This document shows, in pieces, positions 26,149 to 35,702 of a stretch of DNA of 64,000 nt; positions within the stretch are counted from its first letter, which is position 1; each line of letters begins with the position of its first letter. This DNA is from Acidobacteriota bacterium (GTDB lineage Bacteria > Acidobacteriota > Aminicenantia > Aminicenantales > Saccharicenantaceae): contig JAKQUO010000028.1 in the NCBI GenBank assembly GCA_029569255.1, forward strand, positions 163,904 to 227,903, read 5' to 3'. The notes under the pieces are model-generated. The model searched no databases. It saw only the letters and a program-made list of their open reading frames with translations, and was not told where the DNA came from. Both the position numbers and the translations under genes were made by a program.

Positions 26149-27423
26149 GTGCGAACAAGAACTTTCCTGGCCCTGGCTCTCTGGGGGCCGCTGACGGCCT
26201 CGGCGGCGGTCATCAAGATCAAGGTCGACGCCCCCATCCATCCCGTTTCGTCCGAATACATCGTCCGGACCCTCGCTGCGGCGGACCGCGAGGGCGCCGA
26301 CCTCGTCGTCCTGACCCTGGACACGCCGGGCGGCCTGGACACGTCGATGCGCGAGATCATCTCCGCCGTTCTCAACGCCGAGACCCCGGTCGCCGTGTGG
26401 GTCGGCCCGAGCGGGTCGCGGGCCGCCTCGGCCGGGTTCTTCATCGCCCTGGCCGCGGACGTCTTCGCCATGGCCCCGGGCACGAGCACGGGCGCCGCCC
26501 ATCCGGTCAGCATCTCGCTCACGGGCCAGGGGATGGACAAGACCATGGAGGACAAGGTCGTCAACGACGCAGCGGCCTATGTCCGGTCGCTGGCCGAGAA
26601 GCGCGGCCGCGACGTCCGCCTGGCCGAGGACGCCGTCCGCAAGAGCCTCTCCTACACCGAGCGCGAGGCCGTCGACGGCGGCCTGGCCGACCTCGTCGCC
26701 GGCTCGGAAGAGGAGCTCATCGCCCGCCTCGACGGCCGCGCGGTCAAGCGCTTCGACGGCGCCGAACGGACGCTCGCCCTGGCCGGCAAGCCCGTCGTCG
26801 AGCGGCCCATGACCTTCCGCCAGAGGTTCCTCCTGACCATCGCCAACCCCAACCTGGCCTACATCCTTCTCCTCATCGGCCTGGTCGGCCTCTATTTCGA
26901 GTTCTCCCACCCTGGGGCCATCCTTCCGGGCGTCCTCGGCGGGATCTCGCTCCTCCTGGCCGTCTTCGCCTTCCAGATCCTGCCCATCAATTACGTCGGC
27001 CTGGGCCTCATTTTCCTGGCCATCATCCTCTTCGTCCTGGAGATCAAGGTCCAGAGCTTCGGCATGCTGGCCGTCGGAGGGATCGCCGCCATGATCATCG
27101 GCTCGCTCATGCTCGTCAAGGCCCCCATCGCCGAGCTCCGGCCCAGCCTGGGCTTCGTCGTCCCGGTCGTCCTCGGTTTCGCCGCCATCGTGATCTTCCT
27201 CCTGACCCTGGTCTTCAAGGCCCACCTCCGCCGCCCCGTCACCGGGCGCGAGGGCATGATCGGCGAGACCGGCACGGCCCGGACCGACCTCTCCCCCACC
27301 GGGTATGTCTTTGTCCAGGGCGAGCTCTGGAAGGCCGAAGCGGCGTCGCCCGTCCGGGCCGGAGAGAAGGTCAAGGTCGTCGCCGTCCTCGACGGCCTGA
27401 AGATACTCGTCGACAAGGCCTGA
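26149..27423 (+). CDS. NfeD-like membrane-bound ClpP-class serine protease; start ambiguous (GTG 26149 preferred, TTG 26110 in the track)
   Basis: ClpP-fold N-terminal domain (TPGGLDTSM..SRAASAGFFIALAAD), TM helices, C-terminal OB domain. Confidence 0.8.
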   Translation: MRTRTFLALALWGPLTASAAVIKIKVDAPIHPVSSEYIVRTLAAADREGADLVVLTLDTPGGLDTSMREIISAVLNAETPVAVWVGPSGSRAASAGFFIALAADVFAMAPGTSTGAAHPVSISLTGQGMDKTMEDKVVNDAAAYVRSLAEKRGRDVRLAEDAVRKSLSYTEREAVDGGLADLVAGSEEELIARLDGRAVKRFDGAERTLALAGKPVVERPMTFRQRFLLTIANPNLAYILLLIGLVGLYFEFSHPGAILPGVLGGISLLLAVFAFQILPINYVGLGLIFLAIILFVLEIKVQSFGMLAVGGIAAMIIGSLMLVKAPIAELRPSLGFVVPVVLGFAAIVIFLLTLVFKAHLRRPVTGREGMIGETGTARTDLSPTGYVFVQGELWKAEAASPVRAGEKVKVVAVLDGLKILVDKA

Positions 27424-27450
27424 CCGGCCGAGATCAAGAAGGAGGGAGCC

Positions 27451-28224
27451 GTGGATTTCCTGACTTTCCCGATCATCGTCATCATCGTCGTCGTCCTCTA
27501 CGTCCTCAATTCCATCAAGGTCCTGCGGGAGTACGAGAGAGGCGTCATTTTCCGCCTCGGCCGGCTTCTGCCCCAGCCCAAGGGGCCGGGGCTGATCCTG
27601 GTCTTCTCCCCGATCGACCGGATGGTCCGGGTCAGCCTCCGGATCATCACCATGGACGTCCCGCCCCAGGACGTGATCACCAAGGACAACGTCACCGTCA
27701 AGGTCAACGCCGTCCTCTATTTCCGGGTCGACGACCCGCTCAAGTCGGTGGTCACGGTCCAGGACTACCTCTACGCGACCTCGCAGCTGGCCCAGACGAC
27801 CCTCCGCAGCGTCCTGGGCCAGGTCCATCTCGACGACCTTCTGGCCGAGCGCGACAAGCTCAACGCCAAGCTCCAGGAGATCATCGACCAGCACACGGAC
27901 CCCTGGGGCATCAAGGTCAATCTCGTCGAGATGAAGCAGGTCGACCTGCCCGAGGCCATGATCCGGGCCATCGCCCGCCAGGCCGAGGCCGAGCGCGAGC
28001 GCCGGGCCAAGGTCATCCACGCCGACGGCGAGTTCCAGGCCGCCGAGAAGCTGGCCCAGGCCGCCGACATCATCTCGCGCAACCCCCAGGCCCTCCAGCT
28101 CCGCTTCCTGGGGACTCTGACCGAGATCGCCACCGAGAAGACCTCGACCATCGTCTTCCCCCTGCCCCTTGAGCTTTTGAAGGCCTTCACCTATGATAGA
28201 GGCCAGGAGAAGAAACAAAGCTGA
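27451..28224 (+). CDS. SPFH/band-7 (stomatin-like) protein, GTG start
   Basis: [14 protein letters not shown] ... stomatin signature; canonical NfeD-stomatin operon. Confidence 0.9.
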   Translation: MDFLTFPIIVIIVVVLYVLNSIKVLREYERGVIFRLGRLLPQPKGPGLILVFSPIDRMVRVSLRIITMDVPPQDVITKDNVTVKVNAVLYFRVDDPLKSVVTVQDYLYATSQLAQTTLRSVLGQVHLDDLLAERDKLNAKLQEIIDQHTDPWGIKVNLVEMKQVDLPEAMIRAIARQAEAERERRAKVIHADGEFQAAEKLAQAADIISRNPQALQLRFLGTLTEIATEKTSTIVFPLPLELLKAFTYDRGQEKKQS

Positions 28225-28799
28225 TGGCCGCCAAAGACTTCCGCGAGATCCAGGTCTCGAGCTCGCTGCTCGTCGTCATCTTCCTCGGCGTCCTGGCTCT
28301 GGGCGTGTTCATCTTCCTGTTGGGCGTCTCGGTCGGCAAGAATCAGGCCCGCCTCTCGGTCCCGGCCCGGATCGTCACCCAACAGATCCCCGAGCCCGTC
28401 AAGGAGCCGCCGGTCCGGGCGACGGAGGCCGAGAACGAGGAGGCCGGGGCGCCCACCGCCGCGGCCCCGGCTTCCAAGGCGCCGGCCAAGGACGCGGCCG
28501 TGAAAGCCCCTGTCCCCAAGGCCCCGACCGAGGCCAAGAAGGCCGCTCCCGCCGCGCCGCCGCGCGGCCTCTACTACGTCCAGGTCCTGGCCGTGGCCGA
28601 CAGGGCCCAGGCCCAGGCCGCCGCCGAAAATTACCGGAAACAGGGCCACACGGCCGTCGTCGTCGACCCCCCGCCCGGGGACAAGAACTACAAGGTCCGC
28701 CTGGGCGGGTTCCCGAGCCGCGACAAGGCCGTCGAGCTCCGGAACAAGCTGAACGCCGCGGCCGGGGGGAAGACGGACTTCTGGGTCGTCCAGAATTGA
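28224..28799 (+). CDS. SPOR-domain peptidoglycan-binding protein
   Basis: N-terminal TM, Ala/Pro/Lys linker, C-terminal YYVQVLAV..VRLGGFPSRDKAVELRNKL SPOR fold. Confidence 0.8.
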   Translation: MAAKDFREIQVSSSLLVVIFLGVLALGVFIFLLGVSVGKNQARLSVPARIVTQQIPEPVKEPPVRATEAENEEAGAPTAAAPASKAPAKDAAVKAPVPKAPTEAKKAAPAAPPRGLYYVQVLAVADRAQAQAAAENYRKQGHTAVVVDPPPGDKNYKVRLGGFPSRDKAVELRNKLNAAAGGKTDFWVVQN

Positions 28800-28845
28800 C
28801 CGCGGCCGCCCCCCGCGCGGCCGCGCCTGAAGGGAAACGAACGCC

Positions 28846-30007
28846 ATGACTCCGACCGACCGCCTGACCGATCTCCGGGCCCGACTCCAAGGCCTCTTCG
28901 AGAAAGTCGAAGAGGTCCGGGGTTTCCTTTGACCTAGACCGCAAGGCGGCCGACCTCGAAGCGACGGCGGCCCGGCTGGCCTCGCCCGAGGTCTGGCGGG
29001 ACCAGAAGGCCTCCCAGTCCCTCCAGCAGAGGAAGAAGCTCCTCGAGAAGGACATCCGGTTCTTCCGCCGCCTCCTGGCCCAAAAGGAGGAGCTCGAGGT
29101 CCTGGCCGAGCTCGCCGCCGAGGGCGAGAGCGTCGATGCCGACATCGAGGCCGCCGTCGGGCGGTTCGAGAAGGACCTCCAGGACGCCGAGCTGCAGGCC
29201 CTGTTCTGCGACGAGGACGACCCCCGCGGCGCCATCCTGACCATCCACCCCGGGGCCGGCGGCACGGAGTCGCAGGACTGGGCCCAGATGCTCCTGCGCA
29301 TGTACCTGCGCTTCGCCGAGCGCAAGGGCTTCCGGACCGAGGTCCTCGACCAGCAGCCGGGGGAGGAAGCGGGCCTCAAGAGCGCCACCGTCCGGATCGA
29401 GGGCGACTACGCCTTCGGCACCTTCAGCCAGGAGGCGGGCGTCCACCGGCTGGTCCGCATCTCGCCCTTCGATTCCAACAAGCGCCGCCACACCTCCTTC
29501 GCCGCCGTCTTCGCCTATCCCGAGATCGACGAGGACATCCAAGTCGACATCAATCCCGACGAGCTGCGCGTCGACACCTACCGGGCCTCGGGCGCGGGCG
29601 GCCAGCACGTCAACCGGACCGACTCGGCCGTCCGCATCACCCACATCCCGACGGGCATCGTCGTCCAGTGCCAGAACGAGCGCTCCCAGCACAAGAACAA
29701 GGCCATGGCCATGAAGATCCTCAAAGCCCGCCTCTACGAGCTCGAGAAGATCAAGCGGAACGCCAAGCTGGAAAAGCTCGAGGACGCCAAGTCCGAGATC
29801 GCCTGGGGCAACCAGATCCGCTCCTACGTCCTCCACCCCTACCGGATGATCAAGGACCTGAGGACCCGCGTCGAGACGGGCGACACGGACAGCGTCCTCG
29901 ACGGCGACCTGGACGAGTTCGTCAAGGCCGCGCTCGTTCTCCGAAAGAAAAGCGGGTCGGCAGAGCCCCCCGCCCCGGCCCCGGACGGCCGGGGGCCGTC
30001 TCAGTAA
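28846..30007 (+). CDS. prfB: Peptide chain release factor 2; requires programmed +1 frameshift at CTT TGA C (28927-28933)
   Basis: Frame-0 ORF of 28 codons ends at TGA 28930-28932; the +1 frame continues through the GGQ motif ([28 protein letters not shown]) to TAA 30007. Confidence 0.9.
28921..28935 (+). other. prfB: prfB programmed +1 ribosomal frameshift site: GGGG-tttc-CTT TGA C
   Basis: Internal SD-like GGGG 4 nt upstream of CUU UGA C; the RF2 reading frame changes here. Confidence 0.85.
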
Positions 30008-30136
30008 AGGACGTTCGCCTCCCCCAGCCGTTCGACGATCCGCCGGGCCTCGCGAAGGAGGAGCTCCCGGCGGGCCAGGACGGCCCGGACCTCGGCCTCG
30101 CTCAGAAGGCCCCCGAGCGCCTCCCGGAGCGCGGCC

Positions 30137-30165
30137 TTGCGCTCGCGCGGCCGAAGCGGTAACAT
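30137..30165 (+). promoter_or_regulatory. Putative promoter TTGCGC-N17-TAACAT for the DUF1844-ribF-pyrC-rnc gene string
   Basis: Seen in sequence; SD GAGGAAGG follows. Confidence 0.4.
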
Positions 30166-30190
30166 GGTTGGCCCCGAGGAAGGCAGGCCC

Positions 30191-30508
30191 ATGACAGAAG
30201 ACGAAACCAAACCGAAGAACGGCGCCGGCGCCCCGGGGGGCGAGGAGTTCCTTCCGCCCCTCGATTTCAGCTCGGTCGTCCTCCTCCTCTACTTCCCCGC
30301 CCTCGTCCAGCTCGGCCTGGTCGAGGACCCGGCGACGGGCGAGGTCCGCGAGAACCTCGGGCTGGCCAAGAGGAACATCGACCTCCTCGACCTCCTCAAG
30401 GACCGGACCAAGGGCAACCTCGAGCCCGACGAGGAGAAGTTCCTCGCGGGCGCGCTCGATCAGCTCAAGCTGGCCTATCTCCAGAAAGCCGAGGGCTTGA
30501 AGATGTAG
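30191..30508 (+). CDS. DUF1844-domain protein
   Basis: FSSVVLLLYFPALVQLGLVEDP pattern typical of DUF1844; SD GAGGAAGG ahead of ATG 30191. Confidence 0.65.
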   Translation: MTEDETKPKNGAGAPGGEEFLPPLDFSSVVLLLYFPALVQLGLVEDPATGEVRENLGLAKRNIDLLDLLKDRTKGNLEPDEEKFLAGALDQLKLAYLQKAEGLKM

Positions 30509-30512
30509 GCAC

Positions 30513-31436
30513 ATGATCGTCTATCACGGAGTCGACGACCCCCTCCTCCTCCCCCGCCCTTCGGCCGTGGCCGTGGGCAATTTCGACGGCCTTCACCTGG
30601 GCCACAGGAAGATCCTGAGACGGCTCCGCCGGCTGGCCGAGGCCGCGGGGGTCCGCTCCCTGGTCCTGACCTTCTCCCCTCACCCCGAACGGGCCCTGGG
30701 CCGGACCTCGGTCCGGATGATCGACACGCCCGAAGCCCGCCTGGACCGGTTCCGCGAGACCGGCGTCGACGCCGTCGTCGTCACCGCCTTCGACCCGGCT
30801 TTCGCCCGCCTCGGCTGCCGGGAGTTCGTCGACGGCGTTCTCCGCGCCCGGCTCGGCGCCCGCGAGATCGTGGTCGGCGCCGGCTTCAGGTTCGGCCGGG
30901 GCCGCCGGGGCGGGACGGCCCGCCTCGAAGAGCTGGGCCGCGCGGCGGGCCTGCGGGTCCATGTCGTCCCCCCGGCCCGCTTGGACGGCCGCGTCGTCAG
31001 CTCCACGGCCGTCCGGCGCCTGCTCGAGGCGGGCCGGGTCGACCAGGCGGCGCGCCTGCTCGGACGGCCCTACGAAGTCCGCGGCCGGGTCGTCGGCGGC
31101 GACCGGCGGGGCCGGCGCCTGGGCTTCCCCACGGCCAACCTGGAAACGGCCAGCGAGATCCTGCCCCGGGGCGTTTTCATCACCGAGGCCGCGCGCGGCC
31201 GGCGCGTCTATCCGTCATTGACGAGCATCGGCACGAACCCGACCTTCGGGCCGCACCCGCTGGCCGTCGAAACGCTTCTCCTCGGCTTCCGGGGCTCCCT
31301 TTACGGGGCCGAGCTGGCCGTCCGCTTCCTCCGCAAGCTGCGCCCGACGAGGACGTTCCGGAGCGCCGCGGCCCTGGCCGCGCGGATCCGCGAGGACCGC
31401 GAGGCCGCCCGGGCCTGGTTCTCCCGCCGACATTGA
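30513..31436 (+). CDS. ribF: Bifunctional riboflavin kinase / FMN adenylyltransferase
   Basis: GNFDGLHLGH nucleotidyltransferase motif; C-terminal kinase GFPTAN..PRGVF. Confidence 0.9.
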   Translation: MIVYHGVDDPLLLPRPSAVAVGNFDGLHLGHRKILRRLRRLAEAAGVRSLVLTFSPHPERALGRTSVRMIDTPEARLDRFRETGVDAVVVTAFDPAFARLGCREFVDGVLRARLGAREIVVGAGFRFGRGRRGGTARLEELGRAAGLRVHVVPPARLDGRVVSSTAVRRLLEAGRVDQAARLLGRPYEVRGRVVGGDRRGRRLGFPTANLETASEILPRGVFITEAARGRRVYPSLTSIGTNPTFGPHPLAVETLLLGFRGSLYGAELAVRFLRKLRPTRTFRSAAALAARIREDREAARAWFSRRH

Positions 31437-31494
31437 CATTTCGGCGGCGTTCGGGCATGTTCATGGGCGTCGCCCGAGAACAAGGAGCGGTCTC

Positions 31495-32817
31495 ATGCCT
31501 GAGAACATCGAGGAAGCGACGAGCCTCCTCGTCCGGGGCGGCCGGGTCGTCGATCCCGCGACCGGGACCGACGGCCCGATGGACGTCCTCATCGTGGCGG
31601 GCGCCATCGCCGCGGTCGGCCGGGGCCTCTCCCCCGCCCCCGGCGGCCGGACCGTCGACGCGTCCGGTCTCGTCGTCGTCCCCGGCCTCATCGACCTGCA
31701 CGTCCACCTCCGCGAGCCCGGGTTCGAGGACAAAGAGACGATCGCCACGGGCCTCCGGGCGGCGGTCCGGGGCGGTTTCACGGCCGTCTGCGCCATGCCC
31801 AACACGGCCCCCGTCAACGACAGCCCCGCGACGACCGCGTGGATCATGGCCCGGGCCAAGCGAGCCGGCCTGGCCCGCGTCTTTCCCATCGCCGCGGTCA
31901 CCAAGGGCAGCCGCGGCGAGGAGCTCGTCGACATGGCCGCCTGCGCCGCCGCCGGCGCCGTGGCCTTCTCGGACGACGGCCGGCCCGTCGCCTCGGACGA
32001 TATCATGCGCCGGGCCCTCCTCGCGGCGGCCGCGGCCGGGAGCCTGGTCATCGACCACTGCGAGGACAGGGCCCTCGCGGCCGGCGGGGTGATGCACGCC
32101 GGCGCCGCCGCGGCCCGGCTGGGCCTCCCCGGCATCCCCTCCTCGTCCGAGGAGGTCGCCGTCGCCCGGGACATCGCCCTGGCCGAGGAGCTCGGCGTCC
32201 GGGTCCACATCGCCCACCTCTCGACCGCCGGCGGCGTCGCCGCGGTCCGGGAAGCCAGGCGCCGCGGCATCCGGGTCTCGGCCGAGGCAACGCCCCATCA
32301 CCTCTTCCTGACGGACGAGGACATCCGGACGCCGGACCCGAACTTCAAGATGAACCCGCCCCTGCGGACCGCGGCCGACGCGGCCGCCCTCCGCGAAGGC
32401 CTGAGGGCCGGGGTCGTGGACGCCGTCGCCACCGACCACGCGCCCCACACCGAGGCCGAGAAGGCCCGCGGTTTCCGCGAGGCCCCGTTCGGCGTCGTCG
32501 GCCTCGAGACGGCCGTGCCGCTCGTCCTCGACCGGCTGGTCCGGCCGGGCCTCCTGCCGCTCGGCCGGGCCGTCGCGGCGCTCTCGACGGCCCCGGCGCG
32601 TCTCCTCGGCCTCCGGGCGAAAGGCCGCGTCGCGGCCGGCGCGGACGGCGACCTGACCTTGCTCGACCTCGAGCGGGACGCCGCCGTCGACAAGACCCGG
32701 TTCGAATCCAAGGGCCGCAACACCCCGTTCGACGGCTGGGCGCTCAAGGGCGCCCCGGTCATGACCATCGTCGGCGGCCGGGTCGTCTTCCCGTTCGACG
32801 GCGGAGGCCGGCCTTGA
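31495..32817 (+). CDS. pyrC: Dihydroorotase
   Basis: DLHVHLREPG, Tim-barrel amidohydrolase motifs, DHAPH. Confidence 0.9.
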   Translation: MPENIEEATSLLVRGGRVVDPATGTDGPMDVLIVAGAIAAVGRGLSPAPGGRTVDASGLVVVPGLIDLHVHLREPGFEDKETIATGLRAAVRGGFTAVCAMPNTAPVNDSPATTAWIMARAKRAGLARVFPIAAVTKGSRGEELVDMAACAAAGAVAFSDDGRPVASDDIMRRALLAAAAAGSLVIDHCEDRALAAGGVMHAGAAAARLGLPGIPSSSEEVAVARDIALAEELGVRVHIAHLSTAGGVAAVREARRRGIRVSAEATPHHLFLTDEDIRTPDPNFKMNPPLRTAADAAALREGLRAGVVDAVATDHAPHTEAEKARGFREAPFGVVGLETAVPLVLDRLVRPGLLPLGRAVAALSTAPARLLGLRAKGRVAAGADGDLTLLDLERDAAVDKTRFESKGRNTPFDGWALKGAPVMTIVGGRVVFPFDGGGRP

Positions 32818-33590
32818 GCAGGGCCGGTCCGGACGAACGGTCGCTCGCGCGCCTGGAGAAGGCCGCGGGCCACGTCTTCGGGGACCGCGCCCGTCTCCTC
32901 CGGGCCCTGACCCACAGCTCCAGCGCCCACGAGGCCGAATCGGGGACGGCCGGCGACAACGAGGTCCTCGAGTTCCTCGGCGATTCCGTCATCGGCCTGT
33001 TCACCGCCGAATACGTCCTGGCCGCCTACCCGGGGCGGAACGAAGGCGAATTGTCGAAGCTCAAGGCTTCGGCGACGAGCACGCTGGCCCTGGCCGAGCG
33101 GGCCCGGGCGATCAAGCTCGACAAGGCCATCCGGCTCGGCCGGGGCGAGGAGCGTGGCGGCGGCCGGAAGAAGCCGTCCATCCTGGCCGGGGCCTTCGAG
33201 GCCTTGGCCGCGGCGATCTATCTCGACGGAGGGTTCGAGGCGGCCAGGCGCTTCGTCTCGGCCCACGTCGGCCCGTCCCTGAAGCCCATCAAGACAGGCT
33301 CCCAGACCATCAACAACGCCAAGTCCGCGCTCCAGGAGATCTGCCAGAAGGCCGGCCTGGCCGCGCCCGGGTACCGGGTCCTCTCGGAAAAGGGGCCGGC
33401 CCACGACAGGACCTTCGTCGTCGAGGTCCGGGTCGGGGACAGGGCCCGGGCCAAGGCCAAGGGGGCCTCCAAGAAGAGCGCCGAACAGGCCGCCGCCGAG
33501 AAGGCGCTGAAGGCGTTCCTGGGCCGGAAGTTCAAGCGGCTGTCCGCCGAGGCCTTCGTCATCGAGGCCGACGACCTGTCCTTGCCCTGA
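32814..33590 (+). CDS. rnc: Ribonuclease III (TTG start overlapping pyrC stop, TTGA)
   Basis: ERLEFLGDSV RNase III signature and C-terminal dsRBD (AKSALQEICQK..). Confidence 0.9.
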   Translation: MSRAGPDERSLARLEKAAGHVFGDRARLLRALTHSSSAHEAESGTAGDNEVLEFLGDSVIGLFTAEYVLAAYPGRNEGELSKLKASATSTLALAERARAIKLDKAIRLGRGEERGGGRKKPSILAGAFEALAAAIYLDGGFEAARRFVSAHVGPSLKPIKTGSQTINNAKSALQEICQKAGLAAPGYRVLSEKGPAHDRTFVVEVRVGDRARAKAKGASKKSAEQAAAEKALKAFLGRKFKRLSAEAFVIEADDLSLP

Positions 33591-33607
33591 CCCTCTCCCC
33601 CCGCCGC

Positions 33608-34621
33608 TCAGGACCCCATCAGCACCGCCGCCGGCCGGAGGGCCGGGACGTTCTGGCAAACGATCTTGACCAGCGCGGTCAGGGGCACCGAGAGGATCAT
33701 CCCCGGGATCCCCCAGAGCCAGCCCCAGAACACGAGCGAGAAGAAGACGATGAGCGGGCTGAGCCCGAGGCCCTTGCCCATGATTCGCGGCTCGACGACG
33801 TTCCCCAGGACGAGGTCCAGGCCGTTGGCGACGACCAGGACCCAGAACGGCGTCCAGAACGTCCCGAACTGGAAGAAGGCGAAGCCGACGCGGAGGACCG
33901 TGGCGATCGCCGATCCGATGTTGGGGATGTAGTTCAAGAGGAAGGCCGCCAGGCCGAAGAACGCGGCGAAATCGACGCCGAAGCAGGCGAGGACGATCCA
34001 GACCATCACGCCGTTGGCCAGGCTGACGGCCGTCTTGAGGACCAGGTATTTGCGGACCTGGGCGTCGATCGAGGCCAGGATCGATCGGGCCCGGCCGGCC
34101 CGGGCCTCGCCCAGGGCCGCGGCGATCTTCGGGCCGAGCCGGCCGCGGCCGGCGACGATGGCGACGAGGAAGAGGAAGACCAGGAGCAGCTTGCCGACGA
34201 GGCCGAGGAAAGGGCCGATGGCCCCCAGGATGAGGGCGCCGGCCCTGTCGATATCGAGGTTCCGGAGCGCGGCGGAAAGGTCGACCTTGAACGGGCCCAG
34301 GCCCTTTCCGAGGAACGCCGCGATGTCCGCCAGCCGGCCCTGGTACTTCGGCAGCTCGGCCACGAGCGCCTTGCCGCTCGAATAGGCCAGAACGCCGAAA
34401 AGATAGAGCGCCACGAACATGAGAGCGAGGACGAGGGCGGTCGCCCACGGCCGAGGGCAGCGGCACCGGGTCAGCAGGCCGAGGGCGGGGTCGATGAGAA
34501 AGGACAGGAAGACGGCCAGGATGAAGGGGATGAGGACCGGCCGGGCGATCTTGAGGACGCAGCCCGTGAGGAACAGGGCGACGACGGCCAGGGCGGCCCC
34601 GAAGTACCTCCTGTCGTCCAT
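33608..34621 (-). CDS. AI-2E family transporter (PerM/UPF0118)
   Basis: 8 TM segments and the C-terminal WGIPGMILSVPLTA motif; start at ATG 34621 with SD GGGAGGG. Confidence 0.85.
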   Translation of the reverse strand: MDDRRYFGAALAVVALFLTGCVLKIARPVLIPFILAVFLSFLIDPALGLLTRCRCPRPWATALVLALMFVALYLFGVLAYSSGKALVAELPKYQGRLADIAAFLGKGLGPFKVDLSAALRNLDIDRAGALILGAIGPFLGLVGKLLLVFLFLVAIVAGRGRLGPKIAAALGEARAGRARSILASIDAQVRKYLVLKTAVSLANGVMVWIVLACFGVDFAAFFGLAAFLLNYIPNIGSAIATVLRVGFAFFQFGTFWTPFWVLVVANGLDLVLGNVVEPRIMGKGLGLSPLIVFFSLVFWGWLWGIPGMILSVPLTALVKIVCQNVPALRPAAVLMGS

Positions 34622-34653
34622 GTCCCTCCCGCCGCCTCGGCCCCGGCCGTCGC

Positions 34654-35586
34654 TCACATGGTGAGCTTCGTCCCGGCCAGGGCCGCGGCCAGGGAATCGA
34701 GAAGGGCCTGCCCGGCCGCCTCGAGCCCGGCGGGCACGCGCATGGCCCCGCAGACGACCGCGCCCACCCGGCCGACGAAGAACGTCTGGCCGGAGCGGTT
34801 CCGGACGCGTGTCCCGGCCGGGAGGGCCTCCGGGGCCTGGCCGTCCGCGGCCAGGGCCTCGACGAGCCTGGCTCTCATGGCCTCGGCCTCCCTCTCGCTC
34901 CCTCCGTCGATGAAGAAGCCCTCGATCTCACGCTCCCCGGCCCGGTAGGACGCGACATAGCCGTCGCGGAGGAACCCGTAGCCCATGAAGTTCCGGCTGA
35001 TGTACTTCTCGCTCCGGGCGACCAGCCCCTCCTTCGGGAAGGCCCGGACGAGCGCCGGCGGGGCGCCGGCGGGCTCGATCCCGGAGGCGATCCTCTTCCC
35101 GGCCCCGAGGAGGAACGGTCCCGTCCCCTCCCCCAGCCCGAAGGCCAGCATCTTGACATAGAACCGCCCGGCCAGGAAATTGAGGGCCTCGCCCTCGAGG
35201 TAGCCGAGCTCGCCGACGCCGACGGCCTCGTTGCCCGGGTAGCGCTCCGAGCCGAAGATGCCGAAGGCGTTGAGGGCCGTGCCCATGTCGTAGATCTCGA
35301 CGGTCAACGCGGCGTCCGAGCCCGCCCTCTCGAAGTCGGCCACGGCCAACTCGCGGAAATCGTAGCCGAGGTAGCTCTCGGCCGCGCCGTCGATGTACTC
35401 GAACAGGTCGTCCGGGAAGAAGCTCCGGACGGCCTCGGTCAGCGCCCAGCCGTCGAGCTTCGGGACGAGTCCCGTCACCCCGGGACTGCCCCGGCGCGCC
35501 TGCGCCTCCGGCGCCTGGCCGGACGCCGCCGGGGCGGCCAGGGCGGCGGCCAGCAACCCGATGGCCAGCGCGCGGGTTTTCCGCAT
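34654..35586 (-). CDS. Secreted hypothetical protein
   Basis: Signal peptide MRKTRALAIGLLAAALAAPAASG; no recognisable family. Confidence 0.6.
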   Translation of the reverse strand: MRKTRALAIGLLAAALAAPAASGQAPEAQARRGSPGVTGLVPKLDGWALTEAVRSFFPDDLFEYIDGAAESYLGYDFRELAVADFERAGSDAALTVEIYDMGTALNAFGIFGSERYPGNEAVGVGELGYLEGEALNFLAGRFYVKMLAFGLGEGTGPFLLGAGKRIASGIEPAGAPPALVRAFPKEGLVARSEKYISRNFMGYGFLRDGYVASYRAGEREIEGFFIDGGSEREAEAMRARLVEALAADGQAPEALPAGTRVRNRSGQTFFVGRVGAVVCGAMRVPAGLEAAGQALLDSLAAALAGTKLTM

Positions 35587-35664
35587 GGACGGCCTCCCTT
35601 CGAACCTCGCGAGTACTATAGCGGAGGGCCGGGAGAATGGCAAGCGCCGGAGGCCGCCGCGGGT

Positions 35665-35693
35665 TTGACAGGGCCCGCCAAAAGGGCCATCAT
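35665..35693 (+). promoter_or_regulatory. Putative promoter TTGACA-N17-CATCAT ending 9 nt before ATG 35703 (leaderless-type) for the DUF362 / radical SAM cluster
   Basis: Seen in sequence. Confidence 0.35.
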
Positions 35694-35702
35694 GGGAGCG
35701 CC

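Noticed and set aside
30001-30165. 54-aa Arg/Leu-rich ORF on the minus strand between prfB and the DUF1844 gene
   Set aside because: Its ATG is simply the reverse complement of the TAACAT -10 box of the plus-strand promoter; it has no SD and occupies the promoter region. More likely a chance ORF in GC-rich DNA.
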